Virus record (IMG/VR): IMGVR_UViG_3300007255_000004
Location: 1 to 33,672 of that record
Length of the DNA stretch: 33,672 nucleotides
Source: a virus
Taxonomy: Duplodnaviria > Caudoviricetes
Reading direction: 5' to 3' (one strand)
Below are positions 33,197-33,672 of the stretch, piece by piece. The notes under the pieces are model-generated. The model searched no databases. It worked only from the letters and a program-made list of their open reading frames with translations, and had not been told where the DNA came from. The translations under genes were made by a program, and so were the position numbers. Position 1 is the stretch's first letter. Each line of letters begins with the position of its first letter.

Positions 33197-33522
33197 GAAT
33201 GTTTGACACCGGGGCTACTAGAGATGATGACACCACGAAAATCGATTATGAAGGTTTTCTTAGCCCATTGGTTCTTAAGCGTTATGCCGAGTACATGGAA
33301 TCATGCCGAAAGCAAGCTGACGGTACTGTGCGCGCTAGCGACAATTGGCAGAAAGGGATTCCGTTGGACGTCTACATGAAGTCTATGTTTCGACATTTCA
33401 TGGAAGTCTGGACGTTGCATCGTGGGCGCATTGCGAATGAGCCGATTCTCGTTCGAGAGGCGCTCTGTGCTCTGATGTTCAATGTGCAGGGCTATCTCCA
33501 CGAATCCTTGAAGGGTCGATAA
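33193..33522 (+). CDS. DUF5664-like dATP/dGTP diphosphohydrolase
   Basis: FDTGATRD, NWQKGIP, YMKSMFRH, ALCALMFN. Confidence 0.75.
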   Translation: MRMFDTGATRDDDTTKIDYEGFLSPLVLKRYAEYMESCRKQADGTVRASDNWQKGIPLDVYMKSMFRHFMEVWTLHRGRIANEPILVREALCALMFNVQGYLHESLKGR

Positions 33523-33626
33523 TAATGAGTGAGCAGGAATGTTTGGCTACTTCAGGACCAATACAACAAATTACGTTACGCATCCTGCTTTCAGTGTCTC
33601 GCCTTGCTTCAAACCCGGGTCCATGG

Positions 33627-33672
<46 letters not shown>

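Overview
Most of the genome of a tailed dsDNA phage with podovirus-type architecture. Both window ends fall inside tandem repeats, so the sequence is probably incomplete. A long leftward (- strand) late operon runs from about 28.3 kb to 3.4 kb: GNAT, putative TerS, TerL, HExxH protein, portal, scaffold, major capsid protein, several beta-rich virion proteins (three look paralogous), head-tail adaptor, nozzle-like protein, three internal virion proteins, an acidic protein, tail fibre and tailspike, holin, lytic transglycosylase and a ClpP-family peptidase with a signal peptide. The right end holds a Prim-Pol/PriCT/helicase gene and a rightward operon of membrane protein, PD-(D/E)xK nuclease, NDT-like protein and DUF5664-like diphosphatase. 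The most unusual region is 1-3408: a translationally coupled operon in which a DUF6745 protein lacking its usual internal tetrapeptide repeats, plus its small His-motif partner, is interleaved with three free-standing ORFs built from a 12-bp unit encoding (N-S-V-x)n. One of these ORFs is interrupted by six 13-bp variant units. Other points: about ten near-perfect 18-40 bp duplications, several at gene junctions; a recurring [FYM]A[DH]GG motif in internal proteins; sigma54 (with an IHF site) and sigma70 promoters; a structured in-frame spacer after the capsid stop codon. Family assignments come from motif recognition by eye, not from database searches. No integrase, tRNA, CRISPR array or reverse transcriptase was seen.
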